Of a DNA stretch of 64,000 nucleotides, positions 43,922 through 55,106 are shown one piece after another. A program made the translations under genes and the position numbers. The DNA comes from Macrostomum lignano (Eukaryota): the NCBI GenBank assembly GCA_002269645.1, contig NIVC01000761.1, positions 62,001 through 126,000 of the forward strand. The letters are read 5' to 3'. Each line of letters starts with the position of its first letter. The first letter of the stretch is position 1. The notes below the pieces were generated by a model that saw only the letters and a program-made list of their open reading frames with translations, ran no database searches and was not told the origin of the DNA.

Positions 43922-46758
43922 ATGCAGTATTCTGGTCAGCAACAATTTACACCAGGCTCAATTCTCTTGACAGTGCCTATGCATATGCAGTACCAGAAGT
44001 CTGACTGGCAGTTGTCCAACTGGACCAGTCCCTTGTGGTGGCGTCATCGGCAGCTGATGATTGGACTGCAGCAGCAGCAGCGCCCACTTCAGCAGATCTG
44101 TGTGCAGACGACAGCTATGGACTCAATGCTTCATTTGACTCCAACCAACTTTCAACCCAGTCAGCAGTTGATCGCAACCACATCGGTGGCAGCTTCGGAT
44201 TCGCCCATGATGATGACGTCTACGTCTACTGATGCTCAAGGACGCGACTATGCACCGCTGGATCTGTGAGCAATCGATATTTTTTGTGATTGATTGTAGA
44301 AATAGCTAAACAAGTAAAAATTTAACGGCCTCAAAGACTACCAAGAGTAGTTCACCGATTTCAAGTCTCTTAGTCTTATGCTAGGGCGCCAACAACAACA
44401 AGCATGTGTCTTTATAGGGCGCCAACATTCCAACAACAACAAGCATGTGTCTTTATAGGGCGCCAACATTCCAACAACAACAAGCATGTGTCTTAGGGCG
44501 CCAACAACAAGCGTCTGGGCGCCAACAACAACAAGCATGTGTCTTTATACGGCGCCAACATTCCAACAACAACAAGCATGTGTCTTAGGGCGCCAACAAC
44601 AAGCGTCTGGGCGCCTACAACAACAAGCACGTGTTTTAGGGCGCCAACAACAACTAGCCTGTGTTTTAGGGCGCCAACGCCAACAACAACTAGCCTGTGT
44701 TTTAGGGCGCCAACGCCAACAACAACTAGCCTGTGTTTTAGCGCGCCAACGCCAGCAACAACTAGCCTGTGTTTTAGGGCGCCAACGCCAACAACAACTA
44801 GCCTGTGTTTTAGGGCGCCAACGCCAACAACAACTAGCCTGTGTTTTAGGGCGCCAACGCCAACAACAACTAGCCTGTGTTTTAGGGCGCCAACGCCAAC
44901 AACAACTAGCCTGTGTTTTAGGGCGCCAACAACAACAACAACTAGCCTGTGTTTTAGGGCGCCAACAACAACAAGCTTGTGTCTTAGGGCGCCAACAACA
45001 ATCTTGTGTCTTAGGGCGCCGAAAAGCCTGTGTTAAAGTTTAAGTGTCTTGGGCGCCAAATTGAATCATAAGCGTTTATAAGCATCGATCAAATTTCTGT
45101 CAATCCTCCCCACGCCCCATCCAGTCGACTTCGAAAGAAATCCGAGACCGAGGCGCACCAATCGGCAGAGAACCGGGATCCCGCGCTGAAGACCCGCCGC
45201 CATCCGTGTCAGCAGTGCGGCAGGCACTTCTCCACCGTCAGCAATCTCAGACGGCACAGTCAGACGCACAGGAAATTCGACAGCGATCTGGCTAAAAGCT
45301 GCCAGCACTGCGGCAAGCTGTACGTGTCCATGCCGGCCCTATCGATGCACCTGCTCACGCACAGCCTGCAGCATCAGTGCCGCATCTGCGACAAGAGATT
45401 TAGTCGGCCCTGGCTGCTCAATGGGCACATGAGGAGCCACACAGGTGACTGTGCTAGCAGCCAGATTGCGGATAGGATATTGTGCATTGGTTGCAATCTG
45501 CTTCACAATTTGCCTCCCACTCTCCCTCTCACTCTCCCTCTCACTCTCCCTGACCCAATCTCCCTCTCACTCTCCCCCACACTCTCCCTGACCCAATCTC
45601 CCTCTCACTCTCCCTCACACTCTCCCTGACCCGATCTCCCTCTCACTCTCCCTGACCCAATCTCCCTCTCACTCTCCCTGACCCAATCTCCCTCTCACTC
45701 TCCCTCTCACTCTCCCTGACCCAATCACCCTCTCACTCTCCCTCTCACTCTCCCTGACCCAATCTTCCTCTCACTCTCCCTCCCACTCTCCCTGTCACTC
45801 TCCCTCTCACTCTCACTGACCCTGTCTCCCTCTCACTCTCCCTGACCCTGTCTCCATCTTACTCTCACTGTCTCCCTCTCACTATCACTTCCCCTGTATT
45901 CCTCTCACTTTCACTGTCGGCATCTCACTCTCACTATATTTCTTTCACTCTCCCTGTCTCCTTCTCACTCCCTTTCACTCTCCCTGTCTCCTTCTCACTC
46001 CCTTTCACTCTCCCTGTCTCCTTCTCACTCCCTTTCACTCTCTCTGTCTCCTTCTCACTCCCTTTCACCCTCCCTGTCTCCTTCTCACTCCCTTTCACTC
46101 TCCCTGTCTCCTTCTCACTCCCTTTCACTCTCCCTGTCTCCTTCTCACTCCCTTTCACTCTCTCTGTCTCCTTCTCACTCCCTTTCACCCTCCCTGTCTC
46201 CTTCTCACTCCCTTTCACTCTCCCTGTCTCCTTCTCACTCCCTTTCACTCTCCCTGTCTCCTTCTCACTCCCTTTCACTCTCCCTGTCTCCTTCTCACTC
46301 CCTTTCACTCTCCCTGTCTCCTTCTCACTCCCTTTCACTCTCCCTGTCTCCTTCTCACTCCCTTTCACTCTCCCTGTCTCCTTCTCACTCCCTTTCACTC
46401 TCCCTGTCTCCTTCTCACTCCCTTTCACTCTCCCTGTCTCCTTCTCACTCCCTTTCACTCTCCCTGTCTCCTTCTCACTCCCTTTCACTCTCCCTGTCTC
46501 CTTCTCACTCCCTTTCACTCTCCCTGTCTCCTTCTCAGTTCTCACTCTCCTCCCTGTCCCCTCTCCCTCTCTCGTTCTCCTTATCTCCTCAGGCTCACTC
46601 CCTCTCACACCGCTAATCTAACATCAATCTACAGTTACCGCATCTCTATTACAATTCCCGCAGGCGAAAAACCATTCGAGTGCAGACAGTGCGGCAGGTG
46701 CTTCACTGACAGATCCAACCTGAGGTCTCACCAACGAATTCACAATAGAACTCGCTAA
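43922..46758 (+). CDS. scrt: Scratch-family (Snail superfamily) C2H2 zinc-finger transcription factor
   Basis: Exons 43922-44265 (ends APLDL, phase 2), 45125-45444 ([54 protein letters not shown], phase 1) and 46664-46758 ([27 protein letters not shown]...*). YVSMPAL.MH.LTH is the Scratch signature. The true 5' end is uncertain. Confidence 0.9.
44385..45020. repeat. Minisatellite TAGGGCGCCAAC(GCCAAC)AACAACTAGCCTGTGTTT
   Basis: Intronic tandem array in scratch. Confidence 0.92.
45515..46535. repeat. CT-rich minisatellites including a homogeneous 30-bp unit TCCCTGTCTCCTTCTCACTCCCTTTCACTC
   Basis: Intronic; the 30-bp array spans ~45940-46535. Confidence 0.95.
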
Positions 46759-47094
46759 TCCTCAGTTTAATTCCCCAATTCTGGCAACTCCTCTAGAAAC
46801 CATCTAGTGCAATTTCCCCAAAAAACTAATCATTTTCTTCTGTGTTTTGTTATAGCCAGTGTGTTTCATTTTTATAAACATTTTATCTTCACCCTTCATA
46901 TCCGTGTTAAATGGAAAGAAAAAAGAAGAAAAATATACTTCCGAACCTTTTCTGGCTTCTCTCTTGGCGTTTAAATTATCTTTTCACTCGATTGTACGCG
47001 TAACGGCGTAAGTGTGCTAAGGCAGGACGCCAGGACATCGCATTAAAAAGTACAGATCTGTGGTGTCTCTCGCACTAAGCTCACTGTACTTCCT

Positions 47095-48850
47095 ACCCTC
47101 TTCTGTCCTTCCTATCCTGTCCTACCCTCTCCTGTCCTTTCCTCTCCTGTCCTTCCTCTCCTGTCCTTCCCTCTCCTGTCCTTCCTATCCTGTCCTACCC
47201 TCTCCTGTCCTTTCCTCTCCTGTCCTTCCTCTCCTGTCCTTCCTCTCCTGTCCTTCCCTCTCCTGTCCTTCCCTATCCTGTCTTTTCCTCTCCTGTCCTT
47301 CCCTATCCTGTCCATCCCTATCCTGTCTTTTCCTCTCCTGTCCTACCCTCTCCTGTCCTTCCCTCTCCTGTCCTTCCCTCTCCTGTCCTTCCCTATCCTG
47401 TCTTTTCCTCTCCTGTCCTTCCCTATCCTGTCCTTCCCTCTCCTGTCCTTCCCTATCCTGTCTTTTCCTCTCCTGTCCTACCCTCTTCTGTCCTTCCCTC
47501 TCCTGTCCTTTCCTCTCCTGTCCTTTCCTATCCCGTCCTTTCCTCTCCTGTCCTACCCTCTCCTGTCCTTTCCTCTCCTGTCCTTCCTCTCCTGTCCTTC
47601 CCTATCCTGTCTTTTCCTCTACTGTCCTTCCCTATCCTGTCCTTTCCTCTCCTGTCCTTCCTATCCCGTCCTTTCCTCTCCTGTCCTTCCCTCTCCTGTC
47701 CTTCCCTTTCCTGTCTTTTCCTCTCCTGTCCTTCCCTATCCTGTCCTTTCCTATCCTGTCCTTTCCTCTCCTGTCCTTCCTCTCCTGTCCTTCCCTCTCC
47801 TGTCCTTCCCTATCCTGTCCTTCCCTATCCTGTCCTTTCCTATTCTGTCTTTTCCTCTCCTCTCCTTCCCTATCCTGTCTTTTCCTCTCCTGTCCTTTCC
47901 TCTCCTGTCCTTTCCTCTCCTGTCCTACCCTCTCCTGTCCTTCCCTCTCCTGTCCTTCCCTATCCTGTCTTTTCCTCTCCTGTCCTTCCCTATCCTGTCT
48001 TTTCCTCTCCTTTCCTTTCCTATCCTGTCTTTTCCTCTCCTGTCCTTCCCTATCCTGTCCTTTCCTCTCCTGTCCTTCCCTCTCCTGTCCTTCCTTATCC
48101 TGTCTTTTCCTCTCCTGTCCTTCCCTCTCCTGTCCTTTCCTCTCCTGTCCTTTCCTCTCCTGTCCTACCCTCTCCTGTCCTACCCTCTCCTGTCCTTTCC
48201 TCTCCTGTCCTTCCCTCTCCTGTCCTTTCCTCTCCTGTCCTACCCTCTCCTGTCCTTCCCTATCCTGTCCTTTCCTCTCCTGTCCTTCCTCTCCTGTCCT
48301 TTCCTATCCCGTCCTTTCCTCTCCTGTCCTTCCTCTCCTGTCCTTCCTCTCCTGTCCTTCCCTCTCCTGTCCTTCCCTATCCTGTCTTTTCCTGTCCTGT
48401 CCTTCCCTATCCTGTCCTTCCTCTCCTGTCCTTCCCTCTCCTGTCCTTCCCTATCCTGTCTTTTCCTGTCCTGTCCTTCCCTATCCTGTCTTTTCCTCTC
48501 CTGTCCTTCCCTATCCTGTCTTTTCCTCTCCTGTCCTTCCCTATCCTGTCTTTTCCTCTCCTGTCCTTTCCTATCCTGCCGTACCCTCTCCTGTCCTTCC
48601 CTATCCTGTCTTTTCCTCTCCTGTCCTTCCCTATCCTGTCCTTCCCTCTCCTGTCCTTCCTCTCCTGTCCTTTCCTATCCCGTCCTTTCCTCTCCTGTCC
48701 TTCCTCTCCTGTCCTTCCCTCTCCTGTCCTTCCCTATCCTGTCTTTTCCTGTCCTGTCCTTCCCTATCCTGTCTTTTCCTCTCCTGTCCTTCCCTATCCT
48801 GTCTTTTCCTCTCCTGTCCTTTCCTATCCTGCCGTACCCTCTCCTGTCCT
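47095..48850. repeat. 15-bp pyrimidine-rich minisatellite CCTCTCCTGTCCTT(C/T)
   Basis: Tandem array; source of the 626-aa LSCP ORF. Confidence 0.96.
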
Positions 48851-49394
48851 TTCATTTCGCGTTCTTCCCCAGCACAAAGTTGTACATGTACAAAAGTTAT
48901 GAACATCATCAAATGTCCTCCTACCCAGACTTTTGGTTGACTGGATGGCCAACAATTTCAACTAGCAAATTCCCAATTCTAAAAAACACCGCGTGGCCCA
49001 CTGGTCTGATTTTATGCTTTCTGGGGCCGAACCAAACAATGGTAGATTAGAATACGCAGGTGAATATGATCCTTCATCGAACAGGCCTTAACAGGCCTTT
49101 TTTAACTGCCGCGATAAAAAGTATGTAGTGAGGTGGCGGGGGATCTGAAAGCAACAATGCCCGTATAAAATTTTGGCTGCATCGGTTCGTGCTGTCTGCT
49201 TGCAGTCTGCCTCATCGGTTTTTTAGGCCACACGCCATGACGCGTGAGCCATCTAGTCTCAGTTTCAGAGAGGGCCGCGGTTCCTCAAAGTCAAGGACCA
49301 CTGCGAATCTGGTGCGCAATACGCCAACTGGATTGGATGGCCAAAACGAGCGAAGCATTTAGGGAGGGTAGATAGATAAAAATCGAAAAACAGA

Positions 49395-49651
49395 TCACAG
49401 ACAGACAGACAGACAGACAGACGGACAGACAGACTAGGCAGACAGACAGACAAGTCAGACAGACAGACAGACAGACAAGGCAGACAGACAGACAGACGGA
49501 CAGACAGACAGACAGACTAGGCAGACAGACAGACAGACACACAGACAGACAGACTAGGCAGACACACAGACAAGTCAGACAGACAAGGCAGACAGACAGA
49601 CAGACAAGGCAGACAGACAGACAGACGGACAGACAGACAGACAGACTAGGC

Positions 49652-49691
<40 letters not shown>

Positions 49692-49810
49692 TAGGCAGAC
49701 ACACAGACAAGGCAAACAGACAGACAGACAGACAAGGCAGACAGACAAGGCAGACAGACAGACAGACAAGGCAGACAGACAGACAGACTAGGCAGACAGA
49801 CAGACAAGGC

Positions 49811-49850
<40 letters not shown>

Positions 49851-50035
49851 TAGGCAGACACACAGACAAGGCAAACAGACAGACAGACAGACAAGGCAGA
49901 CAGACAAGGCAGACAGACAAGGCAGACAGACAGACAGACTAGGCAGACAGACAGACAAGGCAGACAGACGGACAGACAGGCTGGCAGAAAGACAGACAGA
50001 CAGACGGACAGACAGACACAGGCTGGCAGACAGAC
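49395..50035. repeat. (GACA)n / GACAAGGCA microsatellite
   Basis: Tandem array. Confidence 0.95.
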
Positions 50036-50629
50036 GGAGAGATGCATTAGTTAGTTACAATCAGCCCAGTCCAGTTGCCAGTATGAGGGGTCCCTGACCA
50101 GCCAGAGCTTGCCCCCTCCGCCACGAGCTGCGTCCTGACTCGACACTGCCAGTTTTATAACCGCTCGTTGCTGCCCCCACAGGCATACGGAAAATGAGCT
50201 TTGTTGTTTGTTTAATTGTGCCGCTCGCATGCAGTTCTTATCAGTGACAATCCGCATGTCCCTCCACTGCGTTTTTTGGGATCCGAGCTCTTGGGAAGAT
50301 TCTCACGGTCCCATTCCCACGAGTTTATAATTGGCACTAATTCAGAATTTCAGTTATCAGTTGAGGCGAAGTTTGAGAACTCCAAGAGACACGAGCGCAA
50401 AAGTCCCGCCTGCATTCAGAGTTCATAAAGGCGGAAGCCTCTGTTGAAAAATAAGCAGGTGGGTAGCAGACTTCTAGGTTTCTCTTGGTTATAACCCCCG
50501 GACAGGTGCTGCGAGGAATCTTTTTTGCCAAGGGGGGGGGCAAGTAAGAGTTTCCTGCAACCTAGCTGCAAGTCACTGATAACTTGTTTAGCACTACAGA
50601 AGGAATTTTTGCATAAAGGGGACTTTAAA

Positions 50630-51370
50630 GCGCCACAATAGGGATTTTAGCGCCATGGTGAGGGATTTAGCGCCAATTAATCACCGCATTAAAGATTTTA
50701 GCGCCAATTAAGCGCCATGGTGAGGGATTTAGCGCCAATTAATCGCCGCATTAAAGATTTTAGCGCCAATTAAGCACCAGAATAGAAATTTTAGCGCTAA
50801 TTAAGCTCCAGAATAGAGATTTTAGCGCCAATTAAGCGCCAGAATACAGATTTTAGCGCCAATTAAGCTACAGAATAGAGATTTTAGCGCCAATAAAGCG
50901 CCAGAATACAGATTTTAGCGCCAATAAAGCGCCAGAATACAGATTTTAGCGCCAAATAAGCTCCACAATAAAGATGTTAGCGCCAATTAAAAGCGCCAGA
51001 ATAGAGATTTTAGCGCCAGTTAAGTGCCACAATACGTATTTTAGTGCCAATTAAGCGCCAGAATTGATTTTAGAGCCAAATAATCGCCAAAATACAGATT
51101 TTAGCGCCAAAAAAGCTCCACAATAAAGATGTTAGCGCCAATTAAAAGCGCCAGAATAGAGATTTTAGCGCCAATTAAGTGCCACAATACGTATTTTAGC
51201 GCCAATTAAGCGCCAGAATAGATTTTAGAGCCAAATAATCGCCAAAATAAAGATTTTAGCGCCAATTAAGCGCCAGAATAGAGATTTTAGCGCCAATTAA
51301 GCGCCAGAATAGAGATTTTAGCGCCAATATACGGATTTTAGCGCCAATTAAGCGCCACAAGAAAGATTTT
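50630..51370. repeat. Degenerate ~31-bp minisatellite TTTTAGCGCCAATTAAGCGCCAGAATAGAGA
   Basis: Tandem diverged units. Confidence 0.9.
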
Positions 51371-51854
51371 ACCGCTAATGACAGAAATTTGACATGACAG
51401 TAGCTGTAGCACTAATAAACCAGTTGGATTGTCACAAACCAGTTATAGGTAAAAATTTTCAGCAATAATTTTAGTTGTTACTCCATGCTAATATAAATGT
51501 TTTTAAACTCCAGTAACAATAGTGATAGTACAATAGTATATACGAGTACGAGCGCTATAGTGATGCTAAATTGGAAATGCATAACATACAGTGAACTAAG
51601 TGTCAATGCGTTAATTGAAACTAGGCAAGGATATAAACTATAAGACCTTCTATGGCTTCATTGATAATACATGTACACGTGAAGGTCGAATTCGATGTCT
51701 TAGTATTTTCGAAGTTACATGTACCTATACTAGCCAAATAAAATTATTTATAGGTAGTACACAGTACTATGAAGTGTATCAATTAAACTTTAAATGTCTG
51801 TTTCCGGCACAAAGTACACGTAGTCTTTCAGTGACATTCATAGTCACTCTCGCC

Positions 51855-52068
51855 TTAGCAACCGAAAGTTACTCTCTCCTTAGCAACCGAAAGTTACTCT
51901 CTCCTTAGCAACCGAAAGTTACCCTCTCGTTAGCAACCATAAAGTTACTCTCTCCTTAGCAACCATAAAGTCACTCTCTCCTTAGCAACCATTAAGTCAC
52001 TCTCTCCTTAGCAACCATTAAGTCACTCTCTCCTTAGCAACCATTAAGTCACTCTCTCCTTAGCAACT
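51855..52068. repeat. 26-bp minisatellite CTCTCTCCTTAGCAACCATTAAGTCA
   Basis: Tandem array related to 54470-54895. Confidence 0.9.
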
Positions 52069-53004
52069 TATCTCGTCGATATACTAAAATCATAAATCTG
52101 CACGTTAAAAACTTAAAAGCCAAGGCTGTAAATAAAAAATAAGTTAAGGTATAAGAAGCACACATCGAATTGAGATGCTACATAATTTATACTTAAACTC
52201 AAATCACAGCTTTCATAGGCATGAGCTGTGCAATATAAGGTGAGAGTTAGACAGCAGAGAGATAGGAAGGAGATAACAAAATAGTTGCTAGGGGGGGGGG
52301 GCATTGCTATTATAAGAAATCTCTATTGAAATATAAAATACTGTCACATATACTTATATATTTTTGTTTTCAGATTTTTAACAATTAAATTGATTCATAA
52401 AATATTAGCCTTTATAGAATTTACTTTCCAAACTCGTCACAATACCAAGGTGAGTTGTGCTAAAAAAAACAAAAGTTAACAGGCTAATTGGGTTAGTTTT
52501 TAGATGTAACAAATAGTAAAAATCAGACAACTGACTACTGGCAGTAGCGAGTATGGGGCATAATAAGTCGCGTGATGGCATTATTATATAAACTGTTATA
52601 ATAATAGAATATCAAATAATAATATGACAGATGCTGCACATGCGGTGGGGCTAAGAGATAATAGCAATGGATGAAGCATAATTAAATAGCTCTATTAGGC
52701 GCTGCATACAATGTGAACTGCGCACAGTCACTCGTATTATAAATCTAACTATTTTTTTTAAATTTCTAAATTCAACAACTAGGTAAGTTTTAGCAGTGCT
52801 ATTGTTAGTTAGAAATTTGCTACAAAAGCGAGCGGGCGTGAAAGGTGGCCAAAGTGCCAATGAATTTTGTGCACTGGTGATATTTATGAAAATAAATAAA
52901 GCTCTGGCGACTCTTCATTAGCATTTTTATTCTTCATTCTCAGAGCAAACCTCTTGTCCGGGGCACTGCTGTAGTGGCTTGCCTGTTTTTAGATAGACTG
53001 ACAG

Positions 53005-53246
53005 CCTGTGTCTGTATTAGTGTTTGTCTGTCCTAGTGTCTTAGTGTCGTCTGTCTGTGTGTCTTGTGTCTTAGTGTCTGTCTTTCTGTCTGTGTGTCTG
53101 TCTGTCTGTCTGTCTGCCTGTATGTGCCTGTGTGCCTGTCTGTCTTTCTGTCTGTGTGTCTGTCTGTCTGTCTGTCTGTATGTGCCTGTGTGTCTGTCTG
53201 TCTGTATGTGTGTCTGTCTGTGTGTCTGTCTGTCTTTCTGTCTGTG

Positions 53247-53281
<35 letters not shown>

Positions 53282-53292
53282 ATGTGCCTGTG

Positions 53293-53331
<39 letters not shown>

Positions 53332-53645
53332 GTGTCTGTCTGTCTGTCTATATGTGCCTGTGTGTCTGTCTGTCTGTCTGTCTGTCTATATGTGCCTGTG
53401 TGTCTGTCTGTCTGTCTGTCTGTCTATATGTGCCTGTGTGTCTGTCTGTCTGTCTGTCTATATGTGCCTGTGTGTCTGTCTGTCTGTCTGTCTATATGTG
53501 CCTGTGTGTCTGTCTGTCTGTCTGTCTGTATGTGCCTGTGTGTCTGTCTGTCTTTCTGTCTGTGTGTGCCTGTGTGTCTGTCTGTGTATGTCTGGCTGTC
53601 TGTCTGGCTGTCTGTCTGTCTGTCCCTGTCTGTCTGTCTGTCTGG
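53005..53645. repeat. (TGTC)n microsatellite with TATATGTGCCTG variants
   Basis: Tandem array. Confidence 0.95.
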
Positions 53646-54469
53646 CCTCTGAGAACAGAAACTGCAGGATAATGTAGAAGAGAGCAAAATTACACAGAAA
53701 ACAAAGCTAATTTAGCCGATATAGCAAAACAATGAAATGAAAGACCACTGAAAAATCGCGATAGGTAATAAATCAATATTAATTAATAAACTACTTTTTT
53801 TAAAATTCAGCAACAAAAGCTATGTGCCAAGGCCACTCACAATACCCAAGACAACAACTTATGGTAGACAGACAGCGCAACCAACACGAACAAAAATACA
53901 AAAACCTAACTTAAAAAAACTTCAGTTATAGCACAGCATGCTACTACTCTCTAGGGTGCAATGATGAGTAGTATAGTTAGAGCAGTAAGGAAAAGCTGAA
54001 CAAAGATGACAGAGAAAGTCTAGCAGACAGCAACAGTCCGTTATATGTTGCGCAGGCATAAATAGATGAATTGATTGACTCTAAGAAAGCATGCGGGGAA
54101 CCAGAGACAAAGAAAAATAGCTATAGACATATTTATAAATATGATAAATAATATTTGTATTATAAAAATAGGTCTCGAAGAACTTTCAGTGCCAGACACC
54201 TGTAAATTTGAACAAAAATAAATAAACACATAAATAAGTAGTGTGTAGCGGGCAGCATTATATTATTTAGGCGCACTCTTTAAGGACACTAAGTTAAAAA
54301 TTCACTAACTGAAAATAAACTGACAATATGTTTACGCTTCCAGGTTTGTCTCTATAGGCCATTGATATAAATAGGATGCACGAATACTTATTTAGGAAAA
54401 CATGTCGCTTCAAGATGGAAATTTATCACCTTAGCAATCTAACAATTGCGTTACTGACTGTACATCTCT

Positions 54470-54895
54470 TTAGCCATTCTCCTTAGCAACCACTAAGCCA
54501 CTCGCCTTAGCAACCATAAAGCCACTTTCCTTAGCAACCACTAAGCCACTCGCCTTAGCAACCATAAAGCCACTCTCCTTAGCAACCATAAAGCCACTCT
54601 CCTTAGCAACCATAAAGCCACTCGCCTTAGCAACCATAAAGCCACTCGCCTTAGCAACCATAAAGCCACTTTCCTTAGCAACCACTAAGCCACGCCTTAG
54701 CAACCATAAAGCTATTCACCTTAGCAACCATAAAGCCAGTTTTCTTAGCAACCATAAAGCCACTTTCCTTAGCAACCATAAAGCTACTTTCCTTAGCAAC
54801 CACTAAGCCACTCCTTAGCAACCATAAAGCTATTCGCCGTAGCAACCATAAAGCCAGTCTTCTTAGCAACCATAAAGCCACTCTCCTTAGCAACT
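54470..54895. repeat. 24-bp minisatellite CCTTAGCAACCATAAAGCCACTCT
   Basis: Tandem array. Confidence 0.92.
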
Positions 54896-55106
54896 GCAGT
54901 AAAGCACATTAGAAACATCATAGCAACAGCGTCATAAATAGCCTTTAAGTAAACTTTAGAAAACCGAACACCTTAGCAACCACCAAGTTGGCTAAACAAC
55001 AAGCCTCGAACGATATTAAAAATAATAAATTAACATCGACAAAAATGAGCTAAAGAAGAAAAGCGGACAGAGTAAAAAAATCTCGACAATTTCAGTCTCT
55101 GCAGCC

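Noticed and set aside
44035-44232. Ala-rich alternative-frame ORF overlapping the scratch exon
   Set aside because: It stops before the donor at 44266; only the 43922 frame is phase-compatible with the zinc-finger exon.
50503-50545. hAT-like terminus CAGGTGCTGCGAGGAATCTTTTTTGCCAAG(G)n
   Set aside because: No matching opposite TIR or TSD found, so it is not called as an element.
47060-54893. 626-aa LSCP ORF and the SVCL/VAKES ORFs
   Set aside because: Microsatellite and minisatellite translations with no domain content.
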